Below, piece by piece: positions 28,751 to 38,382 of a stretch of 57,989 bases of DNA. Position numbers and translations under genes: made by a program. Each line of letters begins with the position of its first letter. Within the stretch, counting starts at the first letter, position 1. This stretch comes from Planctomycetota bacterium (lineage in GTDB: Bacteria; Planctomycetota; Phycisphaerae; WQYP01), in assembly GCA_021852275.1 (NCBI GenBank), contig JAJZNX010000096.1, positions 1 to 57,989 on the forward strand. Direction: 5' to 3'. The notes beneath the pieces were generated by a model that did not search any database, was not told the DNA's origin, and worked only from the letters and a program-made list of their open reading frames with translations.

Positions 28751-29068
28751 ATGCTTGTACTTTCACGGCAGAGAGATCAGAGCATTATGATTGGTGACAA
28801 CATCGAAATCACCGTGGTGGATGTCCGCGGAGATAAGGTGCGATTGGGCATTAATGCCCCCAATACCATTCCCGTCCACCGCAAGGAAGTTTATCAGGCC
28901 ATCCAGCGGGAAAAGCTGGAAGGCCAAACTCCATCGCATCCGCTGGCAGTAACTGAAAGTCCGGGCGGTCCTGCCCAGACCGCCAGCAAGCTCCATGACA
29001 CAACAGAACAACCAACCTCGCCCCCTCCTCCAGCAGCGCCACCCGGGCGCCCCGATGCCATGCTTTGA
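28751..29068 (+). CDS. csrA: Carbon storage regulator CsrA with a Pro-rich C-terminal tail
   Basis: [37 protein letters not shown]...VHRKEVY; RBS AAGGAG. Confidence 0.96.
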   Translation: MLVLSRQRDQSIMIGDNIEITVVDVRGDKVRLGINAPNTIPVHRKEVYQAIQREKLEGQTPSHPLAVTESPGGPAQTASKLHDTTEQPTSPPPPAAPPGRPDAML

Positions 29069-29122
29069 CAGCAGGTTCAATCCGCGCCACCCTCGAACGC
29101 TTGTCAGCACCACGGACAGAGC

Positions 29123-29986
29123 TTACCAGTCGTCAAACAGCAGCGATTCATCATCAGATCGTTGGCATTTTGGACAATACCAGGTCCAATGACCATCACG
29201 GCCGCTGCGATCTACCGTAATGGCGGTGCCGCAGGCCTGGCATGGTTCACCGGCACAATCATAAACGACACACAGCCGCCCCTGCTGCACATCACCAAGA
29301 TAATACCGGTATGCTTTCGTCAAGCAGACTTGTGCGGCCGCCGCAAGCCGCTGAATCTGCCCGCTATTCAAAGCGATTGCACGTGTCGCGGGATGCACTC
29401 CGGCGGCATGCAAAATTTCGCACTTCCATGGGTTGGCGATTCCTGCCATCACGCGTTGATCCAGCAGAGCGCGGGCGATGGTGGATTTTTCTAAAAGCCG
29501 CAATCGAAAACGCCAATCAGCCATCGACAATTCGTCAGCCAGAGGATCCGGACCAATGTCCGCCAGATGGGGATGTCGCCACAATTCCGGCGTAAGCAAG
29601 GTCAAAAAAAGAGGACGTCCAGAAAGGACGATTTCGCGGCCATCATCAAGCTGGCTGCGGATCAGCGGCCTTCCGCGTGAGCGGGCGGCAACGGTGGTTG
29701 CACCTGCGACCCAGGCCATAGGCTCACGGATAAAAGTACCACCGGCCTTTACAATTTCCCAACTCCAGCGCCGTACTGGATAACACAACCAACTCACGCC
29801 ATGCTCAAAGTTCCAGATCAGCCAGCACCCATGCGAATAGATCCGAAGAACGCGGTGTCCGGCGCAATGTTTGAGCAGCACATTGGCCTGCCAGCGATCC
29901 ACGGGCACGTCAACGCGGTCCACCCGATGGCCCCAGACCGCCACACTCAAACGGTGGGCCAGTGCTTTAACCTGTGGGCCATCCAT
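29123..29986 (-). CDS. Fpg/Nei-family DNA glycosylase-like protein (atypical N-terminus)
   Basis: H2TH motif LLDQRVMAGIANPWKCEIL, GPDPL, C-terminal zinc finger CQAC...CPKC. Confidence 0.82.
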   Translation of the reverse strand: MDGPQVKALAHRLSVAVWGHRVDRVDVPVDRWQANVLLKHCAGHRVLRIYSHGCWLIWNFEHGVSWLCYPVRRWSWEIVKAGGTFIREPMAWVAGATTVAARSRGRPLIRSQLDDGREIVLSGRPLFLTLLTPELWRHPHLADIGPDPLADELSMADWRFRLRLLEKSTIARALLDQRVMAGIANPWKCEILHAAGVHPATRAIALNSGQIQRLAAAAQVCLTKAYRYYLGDVQQGRLCVVYDCAGEPCQACGTAITVDRSGRDGHWTWYCPKCQRSDDESLLFDDW

Positions 29987-29990
29987 TTAT

Positions 29991-30890
29991 TCACCCCCGC
30001 ATAGCCATATTCAACGCCCGGCCGATATCCGCCGGCGAATCCGCCACAGTTATGCCCGCCGCACGCATCGCCTGAATCTTACTTTCCGCAGTACCTTCTC
30101 CGCCACTGATAATCGCGCCAGCATGGCCCATGCGTTTGCCCGGCGGTGCCGTACGTCCGGCTATAAAACCGGCCACCGGTTTGGTTACGTGTTTTTGAAC
30201 ATAATCGGCGGCGGCTTCTTCCGCGGTACCGCCGATTTCACCGATCATGATAATGGCATCGGTCTGCACATCCGCCTGGAACATGGTCAACACTTCGACA
30301 AAATCCAGCCCCTTCACCGGATCTCCGCCGATACCCACACACGTGCTTTGGCTCCAGCCCAATTGCGTGGTTTGCCATACCGCTTCATAGGTCAGCGTGC
30401 CCGATCGAGAGATAATTCCCACCCGTCGTTTACCAGGTGCCGGTGGAGTATGAATATAGCCGGGCATAATGCCGATCTTACACTCTCCGGGCGTAATAAC
30501 ACCGGGACAGTTGGGGCCTACCAGTGTAATTTTATCGCCAAATTCCGCTAGAAACTTTTTAGCCCGCACCATATCCAGTACCGGAATACCTTCCGTAATA
30601 GCCACAATTAGCCGAATACCTTCCGCCGCTGCTTCGCATATTGCATCTGCGGCATACGGCGGAGGCACAAATATCATGGTCGCATCCGCTCCTGTGGCCT
30701 TGCGAGCCTGTTCCACGGTATCAAAGATGGGCAGGCCATTGGCATCTTTGGTGCCGCCCTTGCCGGGGCTGGTTCCACCCACCATTTGGGTGCCGTAATC
30801 CAGGCAACCCTTGGTATGAAATGCCCCCCCGCCGCCACCGGTTATTCCTTGGCAAATGACCCGGGTATTTTTATCCACCAGAATTGACAT
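29991..30890 (-). CDS. sucD: Succinyl-CoA synthetase alpha subunit
   Basis: [40 protein letters not shown] (phospho-His). Confidence 0.97.
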   Translation of the reverse strand: MSILVDKNTRVICQGITGGGGGAFHTKGCLDYGTQMVGGTSPGKGGTKDANGLPIFDTVEQARKATGADATMIFVPPPYAADAICEAAAEGIRLIVAITEGIPVLDMVRAKKFLAEFGDKITLVGPNCPGVITPGECKIGIMPGYIHTPPAPGKRRVGIISRSGTLTYEAVWQTTQLGWSQSTCVGIGGDPVKGLDFVEVLTMFQADVQTDAIIMIGEIGGTAEEAAADYVQKHVTKPVAGFIAGRTAPPGKRMGHAGAIISGGEGTAESKIQAMRAAGITVADSPADIGRALNMAMRG

Positions 30891-30941
30891 GATTGTTATT
30901 CTCCAGTTTTGCATTGGGCGTAGGGTTCGTCCAAAGCTAGA

Positions 30942-32111
30942 TTATCTTGTGGCCGCGACAATTTTCCTGGCTGCATCGTTAAGGTCCATGGCACTTTGCA
31001 ACGTCGGCAATTCACCACGGGCCTCCGCCAGTATCTCTCTGGCAGCCTGGACATTCGTGCCTTCCAGCCGCACCACCACCGGCACCTTGAAGCCCACTTC
31101 CCGCCCCGCGGCAATCAGAGCTTCGGCTATCAGATCACAGCGGGCAATACCCCCGAAAATATTGACCAGAACACCCCGAACTTTGCTGTCCGAGAGCAGT
31201 ATTCGAAAAGCCTCCACCGCCCCCTCAGGCTTTACACCGCCACCAACATCGAGAAAATTGGCTGGCTTGCCGCCATTCAGTTGCACCACATCCATCGTAG
31301 CCATCGCCAACCCGGCCCCGTTTACCAAGCACGCTATATCACCATCCAGCTTGATGTAGTTCAGACTCGCTTTGGCCGCGCGAAGTTCCAACGGATCATG
31401 TTCCGCAGGATCTGCCATCGCCAGAATATCCGGATGGCGAAACAACGCGCTGTCATCGAAATTGATCTTGGCATCAATCGCCAGCACTTTACCGTCTTTG
31501 GTCAACACCAACGGATTGATTTCTACAATGGAGCAATCATATTGCGCATACAACGCAGCCAATTTAAGCAGTAACTGCGACACTTCAGACGCCTGCCGAC
31601 CGGTGAAGCCCAACCGACCCGCCACCCGTCGTGCCGCAAACCCCTGCAATCCCAAAGTGGGATGCAAAGCTTCGCGAATGATGGCCTCCGGCCGCTGATG
31701 GGCCACCGTTTCAATTTCCACCCCGCCTTCGGCGGATGCTATGACGCTGACGGTCGCCTTCGCTCGATCCAACACCAGTCCCATATAGTATTCATGGGCA
31801 ATATCCACTGCGGCGGCAACCATCACTTTTTTTACCGCAATCCCCTCCGGATCAGTTTGCACACTGACCATACGATTTTTGAACATGAAATCCGCCGCCG
31901 CCTGCGCCTCGGCTGCCGATTTCACCAGTTTCACAAAACCGGCCTTACCTCGTCCGCCGGCAAACACCTGAGCCTTGACTACCTGCAGCGGCACGGCATT
32001 GGCGTTAAACGCCGCAGCCGCCTCGGCCGCGGATTCGACCACCCGAGCCGCTGGAACCGCAATGCCCGCCTTAGCCAAAAGCTCGCGAGCCTGATATTCA
32101 TGAATTTTCAA
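30942..32111 (-). CDS. sucC: Succinyl-CoA synthetase beta subunit
   Basis: KIHEYQA, KAQVFAGGRGKAG, EINPL, NGAGLAM, ANFLDVGG, NIFGGI; TTG start with GGAG RBS. Confidence 0.97.
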   Translation of the reverse strand: MKIHEYQARELLAKAGIAVPAARVVESAAEAAAAFNANAVPLQVVKAQVFAGGRGKAGFVKLVKSAAEAQAAADFMFKNRMVSVQTDPEGIAVKKVMVAAAVDIAHEYYMGLVLDRAKATVSVIASAEGGVEIETVAHQRPEAIIREALHPTLGLQGFAARRVAGRLGFTGRQASEVSQLLLKLAALYAQYDCSIVEINPLVLTKDGKVLAIDAKINFDDSALFRHPDILAMADPAEHDPLELRAAKASLNYIKLDGDIACLVNGAGLAMATMDVVQLNGGKPANFLDVGGGVKPEGAVEAFRILLSDSKVRGVLVNIFGGIARCDLIAEALIAAGREVGFKVPVVVRLEGTNVQAAREILAEARGELPTLQSAMDLNDAARKIVAATR

Positions 32112-32184
32112 TTCAACTCCTTACATACAATACGTTCAAAAAGATAATGGATTTATCCAAAAAGATAAACCGATGCAGATACTG

Positions 32185-32940
32185 TCACTTCGACCGGGGT
32201 AGCACAACGAGATGAAAAATCTGGCAATAACCCGGAGGCCATCCGGGCCGTAAGCGCCGCTTACGACCTGCAATAATCTGAATATGCTCGTGGGCGGGGA
32301 CCAACCGATGCCGCAGCTTCCCAACGCGAACCGGATCTTGCGTAGCCGTTAACAACCAGAGGCCATGTCCCGCGGTTGCCAGCCAGGTTGGATTCGCCAC
32401 TGCAGACCATGCCACTTGTCGCTGCACTGTTAAGTACCACAGCAATTCTCTGGATTGCCCGGTGCCATCACTCCAAAAAACTATTTTGTTGCGGGCCGTA
32501 GCGCGGCTCAGGACCGTTTGCACTTCCCTTCTGGCTACCTGTGAACCCACCCATCGGTAAGGATGCACAATATCAATACCCATGCTCACCACCGCTAAGA
32601 TAACCAACAGTCCTGACCACACCAGAGGTCCGCCGCGGGCTACTGCCAAATTCTTCCCGGTTCGTGATATCAGGGCCAGCAGGCCCATCAAACCGGCGGC
32701 AGCCAGTATCGCAATAGATGGAACCAAATGTTGCTCTACCCGCGCCTTACCTGCAAATGGATACAAATGCAGCCATGCCGCGCCAAAGGTGGTCACAAAG
32801 GGCCCGATCAGCAGAATCAGTTCGGTGTAGCGGTGTGTCCTTAAAAAATGCCATCCACCCATCAAAGCCAGAGCCGTTATTGCATAAGCAATGCCCCCCT
32901 TGCCGCCAAACGGGTACGTCATCATGAATATCCCCTCCAC
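32185..32940 (-). CDS. Membrane protein resembling the C-terminal half of an ArnT/PMT(GT39)-like glycosyltransferase; possibly a remnant
   Basis: Four to five TM helices with YPFGG and LYPFAGKAR motifs followed by a soluble tail; family resemblance recalled, not searched. Confidence 0.45.
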   Translation of the reverse strand: MEGIFMMTYPFGGKGGIAYAITALALMGGWHFLRTHRYTELILLIGPFVTTFGAAWLHLYPFAGKARVEQHLVPSIAILAAAGLMGLLALISRTGKNLAVARGGPLVWSGLLVILAVVSMGIDIVHPYRWVGSQVARREVQTVLSRATARNKIVFWSDGTGQSRELLWYLTVQRQVAWSAVANPTWLATAGHGLWLLTATQDPVRVGKLRHRLVPAHEHIQIIAGRKRRLRPGWPPGYCQIFHLVVLPRSK

Positions 32941-32946
32941 GGCCCC

Positions 32947-33714
32947 TTACTTCAAAAGAAAGTCCGCGTGAATAACTGCAATCACCACTTTTTTATAAGA
33001 AGTTGTATCGTCGTTACCCTGCCACGAAACATTGGTGGAATAAGCCGGGTCAATCTGCATAACGCCCATGCTGGCATCCAGCAGACGGCTGATGCGAGCT
33101 CCGCCGTTATTGGCAATCTGCGTCGCTCGATCTTTGGCGTCTCTGGTAGCCGCCGCCAGCATCACAAGTTTCAGGCTTGCCAACTTTGTATATATATACT
33201 TTGGCGAGCGAGAATCAATTTGTACTCCCTGATTGATCAGATCAGTAATCTGCCGCCCTACCCGGGCCACGTGCAAAACCTGATGACTGGTTACGGTAAC
33301 GGACTGGCGCAAATCCCAGCCGCTGATCGTGTGAGTCAGGTGTCCCTGCTTGTCGCGTTTATAATTCGCGGTGCTGCTGATGGACGAAACCTGAATGTTG
33401 TGGAGTGGAATGTGGCGGGCTGCCAGGTACGCCAGAGTTGTTTTCATTCCTGACTGTAAGATTGCAAAAGCCTTTTCGCGATTGGCATTGGAACCGGTAA
33501 CCTGGGCTGTCCAAATAATAAGATTTGACTGGATATTCTTGGTAGCCTGACCGGTAACACTAAGTGTTTTGGCGGGCTGCCGCACATGCACATAAGCCAT
33601 TGCAATAATAATCGCGCAAACAATATTTGCTGCAGCCAGAATTCCCCCGGCACGCAAGGTAACCACCACACGCGCCGGCAGTTTCATGCTTCGTTGCTGG
33701 TTTTCATCATCCAT
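32947..33714 (-). CDS. SIMPL (DUF541) domain protein
   Basis: N-terminal TM, LSVTGQA, ATRDAKDRATQIA, ASMGVMQI, DTTSYKK. Start trimmed to ATG 33714. Confidence 0.85.
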   Translation of the reverse strand: MDDENQQRSMKLPARVVVTLRAGGILAAANIVCAIIIAMAYVHVRQPAKTLSVTGQATKNIQSNLIIWTAQVTGSNANREKAFAILQSGMKTTLAYLAARHIPLHNIQVSSISSTANYKRDKQGHLTHTISGWDLRQSVTVTSHQVLHVARVGRQITDLINQGVQIDSRSPKYIYTKLASLKLVMLAAATRDAKDRATQIANNGGARISRLLDASMGVMQIDPAYSTNVSWQGNDDTTSYKKVVIAVIHADFLLK

Positions 33715-33961
33715 GACAAAAGCCTCTAATTTATCCACCGCCGAAAATCCATTTTCGGCCATGCCGACATTATACCAAATTATCGCTTCGTCGTACCCAT
33801 TAACGGCTCGGGTTGTAACCTCCTGCTCGCGTTGACCCATAACTCGCAAATCCATCCCCGCAGGAATACCGTATCCATGCACGCTCGCCGCAGATCGAAT
33901 TGAATTCACTTTTACGCGTTATGCCGGTACACTACCAGCCTGCCACAGGGAAGCAGGTACC

Positions 33962-33989
33962 GGAATTGGCTTCCCGCGGCAAACTCAAA
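33962..33989 (+). promoter_or_regulatory. Candidate ECF (sigmaE-like) promoter of the bamA operon
   Basis: GGAATTG-N16-TCAAA, 30 nt before the bamA ATG. Confidence 0.4.
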
Positions 33990-34019
33990 ATTTGGATGGC
34001 ACTGTAAAATAAGGTCTCC

Positions 34020-36482
34020 ATGGACTTCAACAAACGCATAAACAAGCCTTCGCGGTCCACGCCTGCAAGAATAAACGTGGGTGCAGGTGTGGCACTGGTG
34101 GCTTTGCTGGGGCTGGCGGTCGTTGCGATAACAACGGGCATAGTTCGGGCGGCCACGGTGACCACGCGTCCTGCCAAGGTCAAACCAATCAGCCATCATC
34201 AGATCACCCCGCCAGGACCGCTTTCAGGGTGGCCCGTGTCGCGAGTGGAATTGCGCGGCAATCTGCCTTCGGACCGTACGACCATTTTAAATCAGATACG
34301 GGTTCTGCCCGGTGCCGTCTATCACCGGGCGCTGGTGAATGTGGATGTGCGTTCCATCGCATCGCTGGGGAGATTTAAGACGGTCAAAGCGGAAATCATA
34401 CCCACCGCCAACCACCAGGTGATTGTACGGTATATTGTACAGGAACGACCGCGCATCAAAGCGGTGGAATTGGTCGGCAATCGGCATGTGAAAAATCGGG
34501 CGTTGCATGAGCTAATCCTGGCCAAAGTTGGCGGACCCATTGATCCATTTATCTTCCACACCGACATGCGGGCCATCCGCGACCTGTACCGACGAAAGGG
34601 CTATTTGTTTGCCCGCGTAAAAATGGATAAAAAGGCATTGGCCCGCGGCGTGGTGCGGTATGAAATAACCGAAGGCCCGAAGGTGGTTATCTCTGCGGTA
34701 CGGTTTATCGGCAATATCGCCTATCCCAGTTGGTACATGCACTTCAAGGCCCAGACATCCTCGCACTTCTGGTTTATCCGGCAGGGTCTGTTGGACTACA
34801 ACGACTTGAACACTGATTTAACCACTTTTCGCCGGCTTTATGTCAAGCGCGGCTATCTGGATTGCCGGGTGGCTTATCACCTGAAATTTTCGCCGAATCT
34901 GCGGCATGTGGTAGTGGAGTACATCATTCATGCCGGCACGCGCTATCGTATCGGATGGATTCATTTTCAGGGGAACACGGTTTTCTCCACACCGCTTTTA
35001 CTGTCCAAAATTCGCCTGAAAAGCGGAACCTACTGGAATCAAGATTTGATTGAGGCTGCCAAACATGAAGTGGCTGATCTCTATGGCCGAGCAGGTTATA
35101 TTTACAGCCACGTGGTTCCGAAGTTCGGTTATTCGCGTCGCCCCGGCATTGCCAATCTGACTTTTTACATTACGCAGGGCCTGTCTTACCACGTGGGTCG
35201 AGTGATCATTCGAGGTAATACCCAGGTGCAGGACCACGTGGTGCGTCGGGCACTGCGAATGTATCCAGGCCGACTCTATGACACCGTGGCCGTGCGCCAT
35301 TCCATCAGCCGAATCAAAGACACGCAGTTGTTTCCGCACGCCACCATCACGCCGGTGGGTAATCAGCCGGAAACCCGCAATGCCCTGGTAAGCCTGCAGC
35401 AGGGCCAAACCGGCCGGTTTATGGTGGGTGCGGGCGTATCCACCAGTGCCGGATTGCTGGGCCAAGTAAGTTTTTCACAGCAGAACTTTGATATCACGGC
35501 GTGGCCACATTCGCTGGGAGAATTGATGCGCGGCCAGGCATTCAAAGGAAATGGCCAGTTTTTCCAGGTTCTGCTCGAACCAGGCACCCAATTTCAGTTA
35601 TATAAGGTAACCTTTGCGGAGCCGTATTTGTGGGACAGCCCGTATAGTTTTCGCAATAGTGCGTATTACTTCACGGAAATTTTCAACTCATATGATCTGA
35701 ACCGCGCGGGCGACCGGGTAACTCTGGGGCGGCGCTTCGGCAACCACATCCAGGTGACAACGGCCTTCCGGGTGGAAGAGGTGGGAACAAACAATGTTAC
35801 GGATGTAGGCCCACCGGGGTTTGACCCCAACGAGCCGGATTCCGCGCCCGAAATTTTTGCTCAGCAAGGTATGCATTTGCTTACCAGCATCAAGCCTGGC
35901 ATTGCGTACGACACCACCAACAGTACGATTTTTCCAACCCGCGGGGTGGTGGCGGCAGCTTCGCTGGAACAGTATGGAGCCATGGGTGGTCAGTATGATT
36001 TCACAAAAATCGATCTATCATTTTCGTACTACCACACCATCTATAAAGATCTTTTTGATCGCAAGACGGTGTTTTTGTGGCATGCTGAAACCGGGTTTAT
36101 CCCGTGGGGACATTCCGTATTTTTTGAGCGATTTTATGCCGGTGGCATCGGATCGCTGCGTGGTTTTACCTACCAGGGCGTGTCACCACGGGTCGGGCCC
36201 CTGCTGGACCCGGTGGGCGGCAACTTTCTGGCCACCACCACGGAAGAGATCAATTTCCCCATTTATGAGAAATTGCTGCGAGGCGTAGTGTTTTTGGACA
36301 CCGGCGATGTGGAATCCAACGTGCATCTGGGGCAAATACGGGCAGATGCAGGCTTTGGTTTCAGAATCACCATCCCCTTTTTGGGATCTTTACCACTGGG
36401 TGTTGACTTCGCATATCCATTCCTGCACGGTCCACAGGATCACATCGAGTATGTAAGCTTTGCTTTGGGAGTACCAATGTAA
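34020..36482 (+). CDS. bamA: Outer-membrane protein assembly factor BamA (Omp85)
   Basis: Five POTRA repeats (each ending ..GN), barrel with FYAGGIGSLRGF; synteny with skp-lpxD. Confidence 0.95.
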   Translation: MDFNKRINKPSRSTPARINVGAGVALVALLGLAVVAITTGIVRAATVTTRPAKVKPISHHQITPPGPLSGWPVSRVELRGNLPSDRTTILNQIRVLPGAVYHRALVNVDVRSIASLGRFKTVKAEIIPTANHQVIVRYIVQERPRIKAVELVGNRHVKNRALHELILAKVGGPIDPFIFHTDMRAIRDLYRRKGYLFARVKMDKKALARGVVRYEITEGPKVVISAVRFIGNIAYPSWYMHFKAQTSSHFWFIRQGLLDYNDLNTDLTTFRRLYVKRGYLDCRVAYHLKFSPNLRHVVVEYIIHAGTRYRIGWIHFQGNTVFSTPLLLSKIRLKSGTYWNQDLIEAAKHEVADLYGRAGYIYSHVVPKFGYSRRPGIANLTFYITQGLSYHVGRVIIRGNTQVQDHVVRRALRMYPGRLYDTVAVRHSISRIKDTQLFPHATITPVGNQPETRNALVSLQQGQTGRFMVGAGVSTSAGLLGQVSFSQQNFDITAWPHSLGELMRGQAFKGNGQFFQVLLEPGTQFQLYKVTFAEPYLWDSPYSFRNSAYYFTEIFNSYDLNRAGDRVTLGRRFGNHIQVTTAFRVEEVGTNNVTDVGPPGFDPNEPDSAPEIFAQQGMHLLTSIKPGIAYDTTNSTIFPTRGVVAAASLEQYGAMGGQYDFTKIDLSFSYYHTIYKDLFDRKTVFLWHAETGFIPWGHSVFFERFYAGGIGSLRGFTYQGVSPRVGPLLDPVGGNFLATTTEEINFPIYEKLLRGVVFLDTGDVESNVHLGQIRADAGFGFRITIPFLGSLPLGVDFAYPFLHGPQDHIEYVSFALGVPM

Positions 36483-36643
36483 AGATGCCAACCGTAATCG
36501 CACCGTGTCAGAATAACGTAATGTTGAATTTTTCATCCGCAGCGGGTAATAAATACATTATAACTTCGCCGGTACGTTTGGCCGAACCGGCGCGCCAATG
36601 ATATAAGAACCGTTGATTTTCGATTTTCTAATGGAGTCATGCA

Positions 36644-37267
36644 ATGAACAAAATGGCACAGTCCCTCATGGCGGCAATCCTCTCTGGAACGGCGATATTG
36701 TCCGCTGGTGTTGGTCTGGCGAGCACAGTGCCGACGGGGGCAGCAGTTAAAATTGCCGTAGTAAATATCATCAAGCTTTCAGACCGGTTGGAGGAGAAAA
36801 CCGCTCAAACGGTCAAACTCCAAAAGATGATAGCTAATTTCAAAGCCGAGCAGGCCAAAAAGCAGCAGGTGATCAAGAAATTGGCCGAGCCACTCAACCC
36901 CCAAAGCACCATCGCACTGAAACCGGGCACGCCGGAATACAAGGCCCAGGAAAAAAAATGGGAAAAAGCCACAGTGGCCGATCGGGTATTTATTGACTTT
37001 ACACAATTAAGAATTCGCTCTGAACATGCCCTGCTGGTGGAAAAACTTTATCACGACATCACCACGGCTATCAAGGCTTATGCCAAGGCGCATGGTATTG
37101 AACTGGTGTTACAGCAGGAACCCATGGACACCTCGGTGGCCACGGACAAAGCGTTAATGGTTGAAATTCGTTCGCGTAAGGTGTTATTCGCTTCCCGAGA
37201 GATCAACATCACCGATCCTCTGCTGCGGATTATGAATCGGCAATGGGAAAAAACCCACGGTCAATAA
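36644..37267 (+). CDS. skp: Skp/OmpH periplasmic chaperone
   Basis: Signal peptide, KIAVVNI, coiled coil, GIELVL, INITD; lies between bamA and lpxD. Confidence 0.88.
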   Translation: MNKMAQSLMAAILSGTAILSAGVGLASTVPTGAAVKIAVVNIIKLSDRLEEKTAQTVKLQKMIANFKAEQAKKQQVIKKLAEPLNPQSTIALKPGTPEYKAQEKKWEKATVADRVFIDFTQLRIRSEHALLVEKLYHDITTAIKAYAKAHGIELVLQQEPMDTSVATDKALMVEIRSRKVLFASREINITDPLLRIMNRQWEKTHGQ

Positions 37268-37329
37268 TCAGCCGAAGGATCATTCAAGCCGATGCCAGCG
37301 AAAGATGTTCCCGGCGGGAGGTTTATCTG

Positions 37330-38382
37330 ATGGCTTTTTCAGCTTCCACTGCGGCCAGTTGGTGCCAGGGGACTGTGCAGGGCGATGGGACGCGGATGTT
37401 CCAGAGCATGGAAGCATTCGACCGGGCCCAAGCCGGACATTTGACCTTTATAGGCATTCCGGAACTGGCCAAAAAATTGCTTGGTTGTCCCGCAGGCGGC
37501 GCGATCTGCAGCCGGGGCTTACCGGTAAAAGCGCGTCCGGATCAAGTGTTGATCTGGGTGGAAAACGCTGACCTGGCAGTAGCGGAAGTGCTGAATAAGC
37601 TGACGATAAAACCGGCCTTGCCACCAGTAGGCGTGCATCCGACGGCCGTAGTTGACCCTGAGGCGCACCTGGGGAAAGACGTGCGAATCGGACCTCTGAC
37701 AATCATTGAAGCCGGGGCAAAACTGGGTGATCGCACCGTGATAATGGCGCAAGGATTTGTCGGTCAAAACAGTGAATTAGGCGCAGACTGTTTTCTCTGG
37801 CCGCAGGCGGTCGTGCGGGAACGCTGTGTTCTGGGACAGCGGGTAATATTGCATTCAGGTTGCGTGATTGGTGCGGATGGCTTCGGGTATCGCCTGTCCG
37901 CCGGGCGCTATGTAAAAATTCCCCACATTGGCGGTGTGTCCATTGGTGACGACTGTGAAATCGGGGCCAACGCCACGGTGGATCGGGGCAAATTTGCCGA
38001 CACTCTCATCGGTGAAGGCAGTAAACTGGATAATTCAGTACAAGTCGGCCATAATGTTGTCCTTGGTCGCCATACCATTTTGGTGTCCCATGTTGCGATC
38101 GGCGGTTCGGTGCGTACTGGGGATTATCTGACAATGGGGGGTGGGTCGGTGATTGCCGATCATCTGAGCTTGGGGCCGGGAGTAAGGGTGGCGGGATTTT
38201 CGGCCGTCACTGGCGACGCGGAGCCGCAAGCCCAATTGGTGGGTGCACCCGCTCGTACTGGGCGGGAGTATTTTTCGGAATTACGAGCTTTGCATCGTTT
38301 GCCTCGATTGCCGGCAACATTGCGTGACCTTGAACAACGGATAGCTGCTCTTGAATCCCTCACAAAAAACCATCCTTCATGA
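37330..38382 (+). CDS. lpxD: UDP-3-O-acyl-glucosamine N-acyltransferase
   Basis: Hexapeptide repeats, IGADGFGY, KIPHIGGV, KLDNSVQVGHN. Start trimmed to ATG 37330. Confidence 0.95.
   Translation: MAFSASTAASWCQGTVQGDGTRMFQSMEAFDRAQAGHLTFIGIPELAKKLLGCPAGGAICSRGLPVKARPDQVLIWVENADLAVAEVLNKLTIKPALPPVGVHPTAVVDPEAHLGKDVRIGPLTIIEAGAKLGDRTVIMAQGFVGQNSELGADCFLWPQAVVRERCVLGQRVILHSGCVIGADGFGYRLSAGRYVKIPHIGGVSIGDDCEIGANATVDRGKFADTLIGEGSKLDNSVQVGHNVVLGRHTILVSHVAIGGSVRTGDYLTMGGGSVIADHLSLGPGVRVAGFSAVTGDAEPQAQLVGAPARTGREYFSELRALHRLPRLPATLRDLEQRIAALESLTKNHPS

Noticed and set aside
29070-29095. tRNA-like GGTTCAATCC after csrA
   Set aside because: No cloverleaf can be formed and the upstream part is csrA coding sequence.
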